Shown here piece after piece: positions 1 to 13,317 of a DNA stretch of 64,000 bases. This DNA comes from Eutreptiella sp. 'Long Island Sound 2002' (Eukaryota; Protista; Euglenida). Every line of letters starts with the position of its first letter. Position 1 is the stretch's first letter. The DNA lies in the NCBI GenBank assembly GCA_964036045.1, contig OZ038378.1:146506001-146570000 (forward strand), given 5' to 3'. A program made the position numbers and the translations under genes. The notes under the pieces are model-generated. The model saw only the letters and a list, made by a program, of their open reading frames with translations, was not told the origin of the DNA and did no database searches.

Positions 1-856
1 CTTGTCCGCGGGCTGGCGATTGCATTTAACAAGTGTCTGACCCCCGCTACTGGGGAGAAATCAATGGCTCCAATGGCTCCAATAAGTGCGCCCCCTTAAT
101 GCACCCCTAAAAGGCTACCGGTGGGGCACGGGTCAAAAAAGATGCCCGGCGCGCGCCTGGCACGCTAATGTTCCCCCATTGGGCGCCTTTGGCGCTGGGG
201 CGCCCATGGCTTGACAACTACTGTTGGCCGGAGGCCCCTTGGGGGGGGGGGGGGTTAGTTGGCGTCCTAGGACCCGCGGAGTCGCCCCCCCCCCCCCGGG
301 TAGGGAATCGAATGAAGCAGTGGTACAGCAGGGCTTGGTACGGGCTATTCGTCACATGCAAAAGCAACTGGAATTGGCATCTTGCTTTGTGTTTAGCTGG
401 AGAACAAACAGCTTCGCCGCCAAGTACTTGCATCACCGGATGACCTGCTGTCGTAATGGGTGCCCGCCGTCATGCTATCTGCAGCCCTGATCCTCAGCCA
501 TAGACACACAGCTCAGCCGAAGGTCCGCAGGACGAAGACAGACCCGTACAGCCATACCACATGCGCCCACTGCACGAGACCCCGCTCCCCGCACAAGCCA
601 CACCTGCACGTCACTGTCGCTGACCGCCAGTCACAGCGTTCTCAATCGTTCTGCGTGGCTCTTTCTGGCCTCTTGGGCCTCATGCACTGCGCCTGGTGGC
701 AACATTCGCAGCCGGATGGTGCACCCAGTGTCACGCGTCTCTCCTGGCAGCAGGGAGTTGCGCAGCCGGATCGCCTGGTTGCGCACCTCGATTGCCGAGC
801 GCCGCAACTCAGCCCGTGAGAGGCAGGCGGGCGTTGCCCTCGAGGCGATGGCCTCC

Positions 857-998
857 GCATCCCCATCACCGTCCACATCGGCGGCGGCATCTGCATCGGC
901 ATCCACATCTCCAGCAGCATCAGCAGCATCGGCATCGGGGTCAGCACCGGCATCGGCGTTGAGATCCCCATCACCATTGACATCGGCGTCAGCATTAG
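857..998. repeat. Degenerate 6-nt (GCATCG-like) low-complexity tract
   Basis: Recurring GCATC/CATCGG units; they translate as DADADA on the minus strand and ASASAS on the plus strand. Confidence 0.5.
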
Positions 999-2290
999 CA
1001 TACGTCCCGCAGCTCCGTGGCAACGTCCACGGGTGTCAAGCAAGGCCCATGGGATTCATCCTCGTCCGGGTTCGGCCACGCGTCACACATGCCACAAAGC
1101 TACACAAAGACAAACCTGAACCCTGTTCCTGTCCCTAACCCAACCCTAACCCTAACGACAATCCGATGTGTTGGGGGCGGGTCTGAAAGCATCGGGTTGC
1201 AGTTGTTCCCTGCCCCTGAAGTACCCAAACAATGTAAGTTCCCAGAGTACCAGGGGGCAGGAGGGTGCACGGGTTGCCCATGGCCGTGCAAATGCAACAC
1301 ATGGTCCAACAGCTCAGGCTCAGGCTTTCGTTCTGTCTGTCTCCCTCTCCCACTCTCCCCACCTCCGCGATAACTCCGCTGCAATCAACGGCTGCAGCAC
1401 CTGTCATGGCTGTCGTCTGGCTGCTATTCATGGTCTCCCATTTGAACTTTGTACCGTAACGCACCTTATCCAGGGGGCACCCCTCTGCCTCTGCCTGTCC
1501 CCTTATCCAGTCTGGGTCCGATCTATGTCCATATTGCCTGTTTCGCTGCCCATTCCGGTGCCTGCGGTGCCCGCAGGGTCCCGTGTGGAAGGGACCTCCA
1601 CAACGCAGCAGAGCACACCCGCAAGGGCTCTGCAAGATTGCTTGGAGCCTTGCCACGCACCCCCACCGCAGGGCAGTCACACGGTGCCATACGCAGGCAC
1701 ATGATGCCTCGGATGCTGCTTTGTGCAGTCAGGCCTTGGAGTGCCTGGTCACACGGCGCTTCACTGGTCGCGCTGTGCCTACTTATTGCCCTGTGTTTGT
1801 GCGCACGTATGGGGCCTGCCCCTGTCCTGTGCGTTCGCCTGTAGCTGCCGACTACACCTTTCCGGTGGTCTACAACGTCTGTTCCAGAGAAAGGCTGGCT
1901 GGTTGCCAGCGCCCTTCTGTCTTGGTCACAATGTTTGCGTGCGTGCAGGTACACCGACCTGTGCTGCGGCCGGTCATTCCACACCCAATGTCCTGCGCCC
2001 CTTTTCGCGACGTAGTGGTCCTGGGGCATAATGTTCGGGGGGCACAGTGTTCCGGGGGCACGGTGGTCCGGGGGTTATAGTGTTCTAACAATTGTGGCAG
2101 CCTTCCATGCTAAGGCGGCCTCCACTAGCATATCATACCTTGTAGGCACCGGCGCCGGCGGGCCCATGGTTGATAGGGTAGTTGGTGAAGCAGCAATTCC
2201 TTGACGTAAAGAAATGGGGATGCCGACAAAGACCGTGCCGTGATCAAGGGCTTCGGACTATAGACGTTTATTCTTAGAGATTATTCACTA

Positions 2291-3740
2291 TTAGCGGTCA
2301 TGTGGACACTTTTTAATAGCACGGGGCCCGTGACAGTCAAAACACCTGTTTTGCTTGATGTACGAACCGTCGCTAGCCACACCCTTGCACATAGTGGCAT
2401 GTTCCAAGCACATGTACATAAAATATCCTTTCTTCTCACATAATCCGCAAACTGTTTCCAGTGTTGGCTTGTACTTCATCTCACCTTTTGGGTTCCTTTG
2501 ACGGATGTGTCCCAGTAGTTTATACATCGCCTGCAGACCAGTGATTTGCATTGCTGAGCGGCCGACAGGCTTGACGCTGATCAGCGCGAGGCTCAGTTGC
2601 GGGCACCGCGTCTCTCCTGCCTTTCCTCCATTTTCCCTTCTCTCGTACGGCCATTTTATACGTCCGCCCCACGTCATTCGGCTGGAGGCCCATTGCCATT
2701 CCACACGGAGAGGGCGGTCACGGCAGCGGGCGTCCCGCGGGCCGTGTCGCCCATGCCAGTGCTCGTGGCGCGGGGAGGCTACCGCTCGCGGCCCGAGTGG
2801 CAGTCCGACTGGCGGCACTGGCCGCCGCCAGGGCCCACTGTGTGTGTGTCCCGGGAGGGGGGGAGGGGGGGCAGAGTGAGTGAGTTCCTTCGGGGCAGAG
2901 TGAGTGATGGGAGGCCCTCTGCACGCCTGCCCCCCCTCCAGGTCTTTGTCGCGGGGACCAGGGTGACCCTACGTCTGTGGGAGACCTGTGCGTTCGAGTA
3001 GGGGGGACCGTGTTGGGCCTCTGGACTTGGGTGCGTGGCCGTGCACGACCCGACTCCAACAGACCCACTACGTACCCCCCCCCCGCCTGTTCCCCCCTTT
3101 TCCTGCTGTTGTCACCTCCGTGCACCATGCGCCTCCCGTCAAAAAGCAGAAACCCTCGGGCAAACCTCTGCCACGGCGTGTTTGCATTCTTCGTTTGGTG
3201 CCTTTGCCCACTTTTGGGACAAGACGTGGATCGTGTTCTTTGGTCCTGTTGTCTTGAACTTCTTCGCAGCGCCTCGTGCTCTGCCACCGCGGGTCTCACC
3301 TCCTCCACCGACCGGGACGCAGTTTCGACCGCATCGGAATGGCCGCGTGACTTCGACGAATGGGTAGCGTGGTCTCACGTTGGGGCGCTACTCAGCACGT
3401 TCGGGTTTGTGCCCAGCTGATGCCAGTCTGCCCATCTCAGCAGGTGCAGTTTCGCTCCAACTGCTGAAGGCAGGCCTGGCATGCAATTTGGACAATGCCC
3501 CCCATGCCGTTCCGGGTACTTCAGCGCATGACGCTGATGAATGCTCCCAATTGAACCTTTTTCTTGGCCAGATCTTGGGGGGGGCTACCCTGGCACATGG
3601 GGCGCACACGGCATCTTTCCGAACATATTTTGCTGTCCAAGGCCATGGCACTGACTCCAGTGACTTTGCGTTGGCCGCCATGTTGGGGGCTGAATTATTG
3701 ATTGTATTCTTTGTCAGTTATCAGTCTTCCCAAGTTTGAA
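2291..3740 (-). pseudogene. Decayed ORF ending in a Cys/His-rich domain
   Basis: ORFs 3388-3681 and 3139-3378 are in the same frame, separated by one TAG. ORF 2291-2818 ends in CGLC...YMCLEH...C...CFDCH, and AATAAA follows the stop at ~2267 on the minus strand. Confidence 0.33.
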
Positions 3741-5161
3741 AGTGCACGTCTTCATGTGCATATGTATGTGTGTGTGGGGGTGGGTGGTGGGGGGGTGGGG
3801 CTGATTTCAACTGATTCAGCTGAATGTTTTTTGCCCCCCTAGCAGTCATGTATTCACCATGCACAGCAGTCGAATGCCAGTGCAAGGATGCTTTGTTAGC
3901 CCATCTCCGCTTGCTGCTGACCTTTGTGCATCATGTATTTTTGCGTCGGTGTCAAGATTCGCCAGCACCAGGGCCCAACGAGCCGCATGTCGGGGAGCCA
4001 GGTGGGGGGAGGGCACCAGGTGTATGGGTAGTGTGTTTTTTGTTGTGTGTTTTTTGTTTTGGCATGAATCTCGGGTCACACCAAAACAGTCCCGGGGGGG
4101 GGGGGATTGCTAGCCGCAATGTGGCTAAGAGGGAGCGTTAGCACGCAGGGCGTGCGCAGGGCAACTTTTTGGGCTATTCGATCCCTACCCCTGTGGGACC
4201 CCTAAGAAGGCAGCGGTTATGTAGCCAATCCGCCCATTTTGGGCCCCCGAGAAGGCAGGGGTTGGGTAGCTAGGTCCGTTTTTGTCCCCGCGGGTCCGAG
4301 GGTGCCAACCCAGCGGCCTATGGGTACCATGTTTGCTCGCCAAAATGGCCACACGACTACCGGTCCCAAACTACTATCCCATCCGTCCGGAGGATATAGC
4401 AGTCTGTGGCAGTCTGTTCAATGTTGTGCACGGATGGTTTGTTGCTCCATTTGGTCGGCAAGAGGCAGCTGTTGGTCTACTCGGGCGCTTCATACGGTCA
4501 TGATAAACTCGGGGACTCAATTTGGGAAAGTCATCATAAAAGTAGCGCGCAGGGCAAACACTCCCCCACATCTCACAGCCCCCAGGAACTTTGGGTGATG
4601 TGGGGGGGGTAGGGCCAGGGCTGGAGGGGCTGACTCACGTGTGCACATTGGCACATGAACCACGTCCATCATTTTGCGTTCGAGACAACTGACATGTCAT
4701 TAGTTGCAGTGCTTTGAGCTGTGCCCCTTTTAACTTTTAAAACAATATTGAAACACCTATCCAGCAATCATTTCAATCTAAGGTTGCAAAAAATCACAAC
4801 AAACGCTTTTAAGCATCTAAGATATCATCACAACCAGAGGTAAAGGATCAAACAATGCAAGACACCATTGAGAGGCCTCCATGCTACAATAGCAAGCTCT
4901 CGAAATCTTCAAATAAAAAGAACTATAGCATCCAAAAAATGCGAAACAATGTCAAGAAATCTCAACAAACATCTCGAATAGTCTATGAAATGACAAGCAA
5001 AAACTATAACATGCGCCGAAATATGATTCCACATTAACCCAAAAGCTTAAGCAACATAATAGTATGCATGCAAAAGCTTCAACGTATAAATCTCAAACGA
5101 AGGACAACATCAAAAAAGAATATAAACAACCATGATCGGCTCTCCAAGGTGTTTCACACAT

Positions 5162-5998
5162 CTTAGGCGGCCGAAACTGGTACACTTTTGTACCTGGGTC
5201 GTTAGAAAAAGGAACAGAAAAATATGGTGGGTAAATGCTACTAACTACCCCTTTTTTTGCCAACGAGTTTTGGAAGCGGGAATTTGTCTCAGAAAAAAAG
5301 TCAGTTTTTCAACAAGGCTGTACAAAAGGGGTGCCTTTTCACACTTCCTCATCAGGGATTGCATCCAAAAATCATTGTTGTGGGAAAATGCAGCTGTTTA
5401 CCCACCTTTTTGATTGCGAGGCCTCGCAACACACACGATTGGAATGTGTAAAAGGACCCCGTTTCACCAATATGTGGTTGATGTTCAGTGTAGCTATCAA
5501 TGTAAATAGGTGTATTTCTAAATATGCATTCTGAAAATGGGGGTAAAATAGCCAAATTACCCAGTTCGGAATGCGAGGCTTTGCATTCCAATTCAGAATG
5601 TGTGTGGTTCAAGGGATATACCTATTTTTTAAATTTGTATTGCGAGGCCTCGCAATAAAAATTGAAAATGGCATCATTTACCTACATTCTTCAGTCAGTG
5701 AGCATGAAAAGGCTTAAAAAAACATCATGACAGAACGTTCTGAGGTACGAAAGCCAAAAACTAGGGTATCTAACTCAAAATACCCCAGATTTTGGACCTC
5801 TACCAGAAAAATATAGGTAATTTGCCAAAACCACCATATGCTTTTTTGGGCGGAAAACATGCATTTTTGGGGGTAATTGGACCAAAAAGCTGACTGCTTA
5901 AATTTTCCCTCGGCAAAAAGCAGGCAAATGAGGCAAATTACCTAGTCAAAATTTGCAAACACCCCGGTACAAAAGTGTAATAGTTTCGGCCGCCTAAG
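5162..5998. mobile_element. Non-autonomous TIR element (MITE), ~837 bp
   Basis: 37-bp inverted repeats with 3 mismatches: CTTAGGCGGCCGAAACTGGTACACTTTTGTACCTGGG at 5162 and CCCCGGTACAAAAGTGTAATAGTTTCGGCCGCCTAAG ending at 5998. This fits a TA duplication at a CTTAAG site. No internal ORF. Confidence 0.75.
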
Positions 5999-6369
5999 TA
6001 CATAACAATACGCTTTTAGATATAAGATTACTGAAAAAAAGGGGGAGAATCACGCGAGCACGTTTCAAAATACCAACAAGCATCGGAAAGTCGGCAAAGA
6101 AGAAGAATAGTTGTTCTTCGGAAGCCTGTAAAGATTCATAATGTGTCTTGTCTGGTAGCACTTCACTATCTTTTGCAAAGCAACTACTTAAATGGTATTT
6201 GGACCGTTTCAAAGTCCGCATCTTTTCGTCTTTGAGATGGTTTCTAGGCTGTTTCGAGGTAGAAAACACAAGGGTGGTCTTTTCGGGTAAAGAAGAAAAA
6301 AGAAATACCTTATTATGAGGTTTAGGATGTCTATAGTTTTTAGACGGAAACATTAATATTCTTCTGTGC

Positions 6370-6745
6370 GCATGTGTTGATTGTGTTGAATGCTATATGC
6401 AATGGAATCAAGTTCGTAGCAGTTGAGTGGTGGGCAGACAAATTTTTCCATCTCTAATTCGGTCCATAGGCCTGTTGTAATCTATTGTGCAAACACTTGA
6501 AGTGTTTGGAAAGCGGCCCGTGTTGCATTGGTAAAACCATAAACCACGCCGCAGACCTCACAAACCACAATAATTGCACAGTGAACTCAATTTGATTGAT
6601 AACGTCGTAAGCTTTGCACATTCAGTAGCGTAGGCTTTGCATGCCAATTGCAGCAGCATGCTACATTATTCTTCAACTGCAATCTGGTCGAACCCATCGC
6701 AAAGCTCGGGCATACGGAAGAAGTTTGATGCAGGAAAAAATGACA
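6370..6745 (-). pseudogene. Decayed coding remnant, BTB/BACK-like
   Basis: Reads ASNFFRMPELCDGFDQIAVEE*CSMLLQLACKAYATECAKL, reminiscent of the BTB-BACK junction; it contains stops. Weak visual similarity only. Confidence 0.22.
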
Positions 6746-7337
6746 GAGCAGAACTATACATAGTTCTTACATGCACATATTCCATGCTAAAAATTCAACA
6801 ACAAAAAACATAGTACTGGCAAAATTCCGTCATTTCGTCGGCGTCGGCGTCAATGCTGAGCGCGCGGGCGCTTTGCGCGAACATAAAGTCGTGCAGTTGT
6901 CCCGAATCCAGCGACGCTTCCGCCGAATACAATAGAGAATGGGGCATTACATAAATTGTACTTTACCAGGCAACAATAAGCATTATCCAACCTCCAATGC
7001 AGGAGTACATCAATGGCCCCCAATGTATCATCCAATTACACTTTCAACAAGTATAAACTAAGACCCCAAGATCGGGGGGTCTATTTGTAGATAGCCTGAT
7101 GAGACCTTCTCAAGCCAAGGTTTTAATGGCTGAAATCCGAATGTGTTTTTGCATCACCTGTTGTGATTGACATTCATCCATCCGAGCCCACACCCCTAAA
7201 CCCCTGCTCATCACCTATCTTACCACTGCCCACCACATCTACAGTCCACACCTCCCCCATGCCTCTTCAATGGCCCCTCCCAACACCACACCACCAACAC
7301 CTACACACATGCCTCTCTCTACATCCACAAAACATAC

Positions 7338-7421
7338 AAGAAAGGTCAAGGCTTGTCAATGTGGCGTTCTTTTTCAACGCCGTCTCGAGTGCTTGTCCAC
7401 CAGATGAGCCTAGTCCAATCC
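7338..7421 (-). pseudogene. Isolated 84-nt RI-type leucine-rich-repeat exon
   Basis: Encodes (W)IGLGSSGGQALETALKKNATLTSLDLS, matching the NLRC3/RI-type LRR consensus. It is exactly 84 nt and followed by a GTATGT donor. The in-phase acceptor reads AA, so it appears damaged. Confidence 0.5.
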
Positions 7422-10233
7422 TTAAATGTGTGGCGATGGGGGATCGAAAGGGGGCGTGCACAACGCACATCACAACTTCCCCTCCCACAATCCGCACGCA
7501 ATACGTCCGCCACAGCGCCCTCCATCGGAAGCCCCCCTTTGCCCTTCCCAAACGCTTGCGCACACCGAATGCCCACAGCCAGTGCAGCCATATCGCTTGC
7601 CTCGACCAACATTTGGTTAATATCAACCTATGATCCTGTCACATTCTTGTATACACCATCAGGTTTCCCAAAAGAGAATGTACCTTGAAAACATCTGTTG
7701 AGGTTTAGAAAGACTTGTATTATAAACATATCAAAATGAAAAATCTAATTTATATAAGTATTCAGTGTTGAAGAATCACTACGTTTAAGCATTGCACAAG
7801 TTGGTATGGTTATTTCCTCTCTGCTTGTGAGCTCATTGTGCCTCACCAATTACTTCAAGTAATCTAAATCCACAAGATTTTGGAAACATCTTGCACAACC
7901 ATCGGTGCGTGATTAAAAGCATCATGTATTGAAAATAGTTCCATGACCTGCAACAATTGAACACATAGATGGGCTACAGCCGTCTCCTTGAAGTGCGATA
8001 TACACCCCATAGAGAGACCTTCATTCAACCCAAGGCACATTCACATAGTCAATGAGGACTTCCCAACTGAGGATATAGGTCTTGGGTGGTTTAGGCCGAA
8101 TGGCGTTGGTACTTGTTTTCTCCCAAACAACTCTATTACCAATGAACAATGGTGAGAACATTTTGGCCTCGTCTAGCCATAAGTTATGAAAGCCACTGAA
8201 AATAAGATTTGTGTTTTCCTTACTTTCATTTTTGTGTTTCCGTTAGAAACTACGACTCTTCATTTAGACTATAGAAATTTCAAGAAAAAAAACAAATTTA
8301 TAATCACACATCAAAAACTGAATTTCGGGAATTGTTGAAATTTGAGAAAATTTTGTGAATCAAAATTTTCATCGTCGAGTTGCTCTCATGAACTCACCCT
8401 AGTGGTAGTTTTTTTGACACAAACATTCTGTTAGCCTTATGTGCTTCCATGTCCCCATCTACAATTACACCCTCAAAGCTAGGGTTTGCAAGAAGCAATT
8501 GTAAACGTCCACTGGCATCTGAATTGCATGTAAAACCCTAGAGCTCAGAAGAATGTGGATTTAGAAGTTGTGAACAACGCTTCTTCCGCAGAAACATGGC
8601 AATATTTTTGCACCACATTCTTCTGAGATATCAGGTTTATGAAAGCGTGTTTGAAATACAACAAAAAATTTAGAACTCGCCCAAAACGGACAAAATGCAT
8701 CCAAAAAATGTCGGAAAACAAGACTGAACGGTGTGAACATCAAAGATCTACATGCAAAAGCGAAATGCACCTGAGCAATGTGTGAAAATACATTGTAAAT
8801 GTTTGTAGAAGCTGTAAACACGGACAGTTACAAAAAAAAAGATGCATTGATTTGTGTTTGCTAATAATATCATGCGATTTGAAACAATCTTCAAAGTACT
8901 TGTTGGTGAACGCCTGTTGCAAAAAATATTGTGACTGCTTGACTGTATAGAACGGAGGGAGATGGGTTGCACTTATGATTCATCGAAACTTGTTGCATGT
9001 AATTCTTTCGGAGAACGACAGCGTTTAGACGGTGTTTATTCTTGTTGAAGATATGCTAATTGTCATTTGTTGGACCCTTTTGTGTAGGTGTCTGTTGCTG
9101 TTTGTTGTTTTTTGCAATTACTTGCTGGTGATTCCCATCGGAGTACCATCACGCGGTCTGCCTTCCAAATGATTCCATGTTGTTTTGTGGCACCTATTGT
9201 TTTAGCACTTTAGCCTTGCTTCCATAAGCTACTTTTTACTTGAAGAAGGCTATTGCACACATGTTGGTGGGTCTCTCTTACGAAAAGCCTTTTGAATGTA
9301 TACCTATATAATTTTAAATGCACCTTACATGCTCGTGGATATTTGCTGTGGTTTCTTGAAGAGTTTGCGTCCTAGTCTTTACATGTTAGAAACTACTAAA
9401 TGTTTGTGGGCAATCCACGTTTCAAATTTTGTTTTGCTTCTTCTGTACTATTTGGATCATCGTTGCCATTGCTTTGTGATCGCAACACTGCTTTTTTTCT
9501 TCGCATTTGTTCAACTCTCTATACCCGAAGGTGCTACTCACATTTTTCACCCTTCCGTTCACTCTACATACCATCGTATACCCAACTCTAAGACATGGTA
9601 AGTCGAGTTGCAGTTGGAAATGGGACAAAACGAATCTAGGGTCAATTCACGTTAGTCAATATTGAGTGTAGGCATGTTGATGCATGTTTATATTTTACCA
9701 AATCTGTAAAATACCGAAAACCTTTTTAAAGACATCTGCATACTATTTGAGATTCAATCTTTGTGGATCAATGAATCTTTTGCATTGCCACTACTGAGAT
9801 GCTGCTGCATACTAATTTATATTTCTTACAAATCTCTGTTGATATTTGCAGTTTTCAAAATTACTTCTTGATGATGTTGCTGCAGCAAACAGTGATGATC
9901 CATGTAGACTGCTCTTAGAAATGAAAACAATCTCACAAGCAGTGGTACAATGGAATACATAGACGCGGGAGCCTTCCCAAAACTAACAAACTACTTTTAA
10001 CACTTACAGCGCACTAACCAATAATATGAAGCATAGTAACAGTAACCAGAATCCAAAAACCAAAATCGTTTTTAAGATTGATGCTGTGTATCCAAAAAGC
10101 GACAAGAAATAACAATAATCATCAATTATCATCCAGATATCTTTGCGTAGTTATCATAAAAATTTGCAACCCCCACTGAAATAATCACACGTCTGCACCC
10201 CGCTTGCAAATAAGAATGCCAACTTGCATCTAT

Positions 10234-10234
<1 letters not shown>

Positions 10235-10273
<39 letters not shown>
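10235..10273. repeat. (CAA)13 microsatellite
   Basis: Perfect trinucleotide run. Confidence 0.95.
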
Positions 10274-10274
<1 letters not shown>

Positions 10275-11134
10275 TGACGCTTTAACATCCAGACACCTGG
10301 CAGAAATGAGAACTAGCATCCACTGGCTTTTATGTAGTAATGTGCCTAAGCAATCTTCATAAAACTTTCACCCATTGGCCAATACTGACTAAGAATGCAA
10401 AGACGTATCCTTACATTTTTATAAAGCGCGACAAAAATGTAACCGTGCATTCAAAACCCTGTACTGAAGATTTACCAAATTGCACTGCCCGCACGCACTT
10501 ACTTTTCATTTCCGTAGCCCTATGTCCGGAGGGCAAGGGGCTGGAGTGGTGGGCTGATCAAGAGTTCAGGCGCCTTCCTCCCTGTGTGCCCCCCCCCCCC
10601 CCCCACGCCGCCGATGGAGTACAGCCGCACAGAGCGACGAGGCGGTCAGGACTAAGTCTCTTCCAGGCCTGCGCTCCCGTGCAGCCGCCGCGACGGTACC
10701 TGCCCTCCCTCGGGGGAGGGGGGGGGGGGGGCATTGGGCGCCAAAGATGCGCCGGAAAACCTCCGGCACCACTGGGGCTGCGTCGGAGGGCCGTTGCCAC
10801 TTGTGGGGTGGCAGGAGGGGGGGGGGGGGGGGGCATGACGTCGCGTTTTGAATGCACCAGATGGTCCGTGATCCTGACCCCATCCCAGGCTCACTCAGTC
10901 CTCTCTGTTAGCCGGGCTGCTCTCCCAGCGCTCACCAGAACAGTGCCGAACGGTGCCTCGAGTTCACTGCAGCGCTGCCGCATTCGCATGTTGCGTGGGC
11001 TGTCTGGGTCGGCCCATCCCCCTCCCACGGCGCCGGTTAGCCACGGGATCGCAGCTTCTGGGACCCTTGAAAGAGTAGACATAGGGCGGTGCGCCGCCCC
11101 ACGTCACTGAGGGGGTAACGGAAGAACATGGGCA

Positions 11135-11499
11135 CCCCCCCCCCCTTTTGTATAAGCTACGCAAAAGTCCCAAATTAACACGGTCCCTACGCCTACTGTA
11201 GCTTGCACAAGGGCGTAGATGCCCGGGTTCAGAAAGAGAAGATTGCATGGCGAGCTGGTGCCAGAAAGGGGAATAGAATGCACAAATATCCCCAAAATCA
11301 GGGCTATGTGGGTTCAAGTGGGCAAACACTCACAAGAAACATGTCCATGACCCTATGTGACTGGCAAATTTGTCACCAAACCCATGTCTTATGTGGCCAC
11401 ACTACATTTGTACCAAATCAAATTAGGTACCAAATTAATACGGTCCCTACACCCGCTGTAGCTTAGACAAGGGCGTAGCTTATACAAGGGGGGGGGGGG
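11135..11499. mobile_element. MITE with poly-C/poly-G TIRs, copy 1
   Basis: TIRs (C)n-TTTTGTATAAGCTACGC ... GCGTAGCTTATACAA-(G)n, right flank TA. Aligns end to end with 24363-24729. Confidence 0.8.
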
Positions 11500-13317
11500 T
11501 ACCCGTGCATGAGGTGCCTCGGGAGGGTTGACACCTGCTCCCTCTGGCCGAAGGGGTAGGAGGGTCTGGAACCGCCGACTCGTGACTCGATAGCCACGCA
11601 TGATACCACCGACATCGGCCTTGCCGCTGTCCTGACTCGACACACAGCCTGTCGGCGGTTCACTGTCATTCCGTGACCTTGCCTCGCCTCCGAGGCACAC
11701 CACATCGAACAAATGCCCTGCCCTACCCCCATTCTGGACCCCTCCAGAACCGAATGGTACAATTCATGATTTTTAGACCCCCCCCCCCTATCCCCCGCCG
11801 CCATTGCCACGCTGTCCCCCGGGCTCGTGGAACTCTGTCAGTCCCAGCCGTCCCCATAGGCCCTCTACCACGACCACCACGACCGCCACCAGGCAGGAGG
11901 CGTGTTTCAAAGGGCCCCCCACTAGGTCCTGGGGGACACATATTACCTGGCCCGACTAGGTAGCCCCCCCGGCGGCCGAAGGGCGTCTAGTACCCGAAAC
12001 CTCAAACCTCAAACCTCAAACCTCTACCATGACTGTGTCATCGGTATTGGACCCGGAATCGTCCGATCGCGCCTCTGTGTTGGTTGACGACCCCGACCCC
12101 GAGCCTCCTCCTCCGGGCCTCGTTCTGACGGTTTCCCCAAATACTCTCCCTGACTGCCCAGGATGCCTGTCTGTGGGCACCTGACTCCCCCCCCTCTCCG
12201 CGTGCAAGGGCTCCAGAGCAACTCCTCGGCACGCAACCGTCACTCACCCGTACCCCGGGTCCCAGTTTCACAAATGGCACCCGCTCGTTTGGCGCGCCCA
12301 TGCGGTCCACCAGTTGCACCCGCAGGTCCATGTTCGACGTTGGGTCCGTTGGCGTTCACCATTGCGGTGGCTTCCACTGTTGCCTTTGATCCCCTATGCC
12401 TGTCACTACATCGTCCGACTGCAAAAAACAGTCTGGTAGGCCCCCAGCGTGTTGAGGGAATCAACGAGGGTACACAACCCCCACCGCGTTGGGGTTTCCA
12501 AAACAGTTCAAAAAATTCACAAAAAAAATTCCAAAAATGTTTCCAAAAATTCCAAAAAATTCCCAAAAATTTTCTCACAATTCCAAAAACGGGGTTCCCA
12601 AAGCGGTGGGGAAGCCAACCGGCTCCATAACCCCTGCGGTTTGGGGGCCCGGTGTGGGGGAGAAATCAGTGTGGCCAGGAAGGGTTGCCATAGGGGGGGC
12701 GGGAGTGAGACCTAATCAATTTGAATGCATTGTGATGGAGAAAACCAGACCTGCTGTGCAGCAAAAACGCAAAGTGCCATTGGGAGGGGGGGGGGGCGGG
12801 GGTTGAAACAGCTCTGCAACGCCAATGTTCACCGAAAAGAAACCCCGAACCTCACCACAAAAAGCCCCCAAGGGGTTTTCTGGTTCGAGTTTGGGGGGGG
12901 GGGGGGGGCGGTATGATGTGGTAAGGTACGGGGGGGGGGGGGTACTCGGCACCAAAAACAGGGGTTTCTTTGGTGCGTGCCCTCGGCGGACTGGCCATGG
13001 ACACGGCCCATCGCAGAGGGCGTGCCATCTCCCCACTCCACCCCCGGTGACCTGGCCAAGGGCAGGGCCCACACGCTACCAGAGGGAGCACGCCACTTCC
13101 CCCTTCCCGCCAGTGGCCGCTGGCAAACAGCAGGGCCAACTCCGTAGAGCGTGCGCTTGTCCGTCGTCCTGCAGCGCCGGACTGGCCATGCACGAGTAGC
13201 GGTGGGAGGTACGCTGCCCCCCCCCCCCCCCTCGCCCCCCACGTCGAGGCATCCCCCCCCCCGCCCGCCCCCCACGTCGAGGCCAAGCACCAACGGTCCC
13301 CGAGACAATTTTGGCTC

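Larger units (their letters stand above)
131..4309. mobile_element. Decayed element bounded by divergent inverted repeat modules
   Basis: 258-279 (GTTGGCGTCCTAGGACCCGCGG) is the reverse complement of 4288-4309 with 3 mismatches in 22 nt. 298-312 matches 4176-4190, and 131-177 matches 4131-4174 at roughly 70%. Module order is not a perfect mirror. The interior has stop-interrupted coding-like frames. Confidence 0.3.

Noticed and set aside
1133-1155. CCCTAA telomere-like repeats
   Set aside because: Only three units plus one variant, and internal; too short to call a telomere or fusion scar.
7085-7140. CTGATGAG...GAAA hammerhead-like core (also CTGATGA at ~53783)
   Set aside because: Stem II does not close directly onto GAAA, and stems I and III are not evident.
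11987-12024. (AAACCTC)4
   Set aside because: Short simple repeat with no supporting context.
12478-12610. Small foldback around an AAAATTCC-rich core
   Set aside because: The ~19-bp inverted repeat is imperfect, no TSD was found and there is only one copy here.
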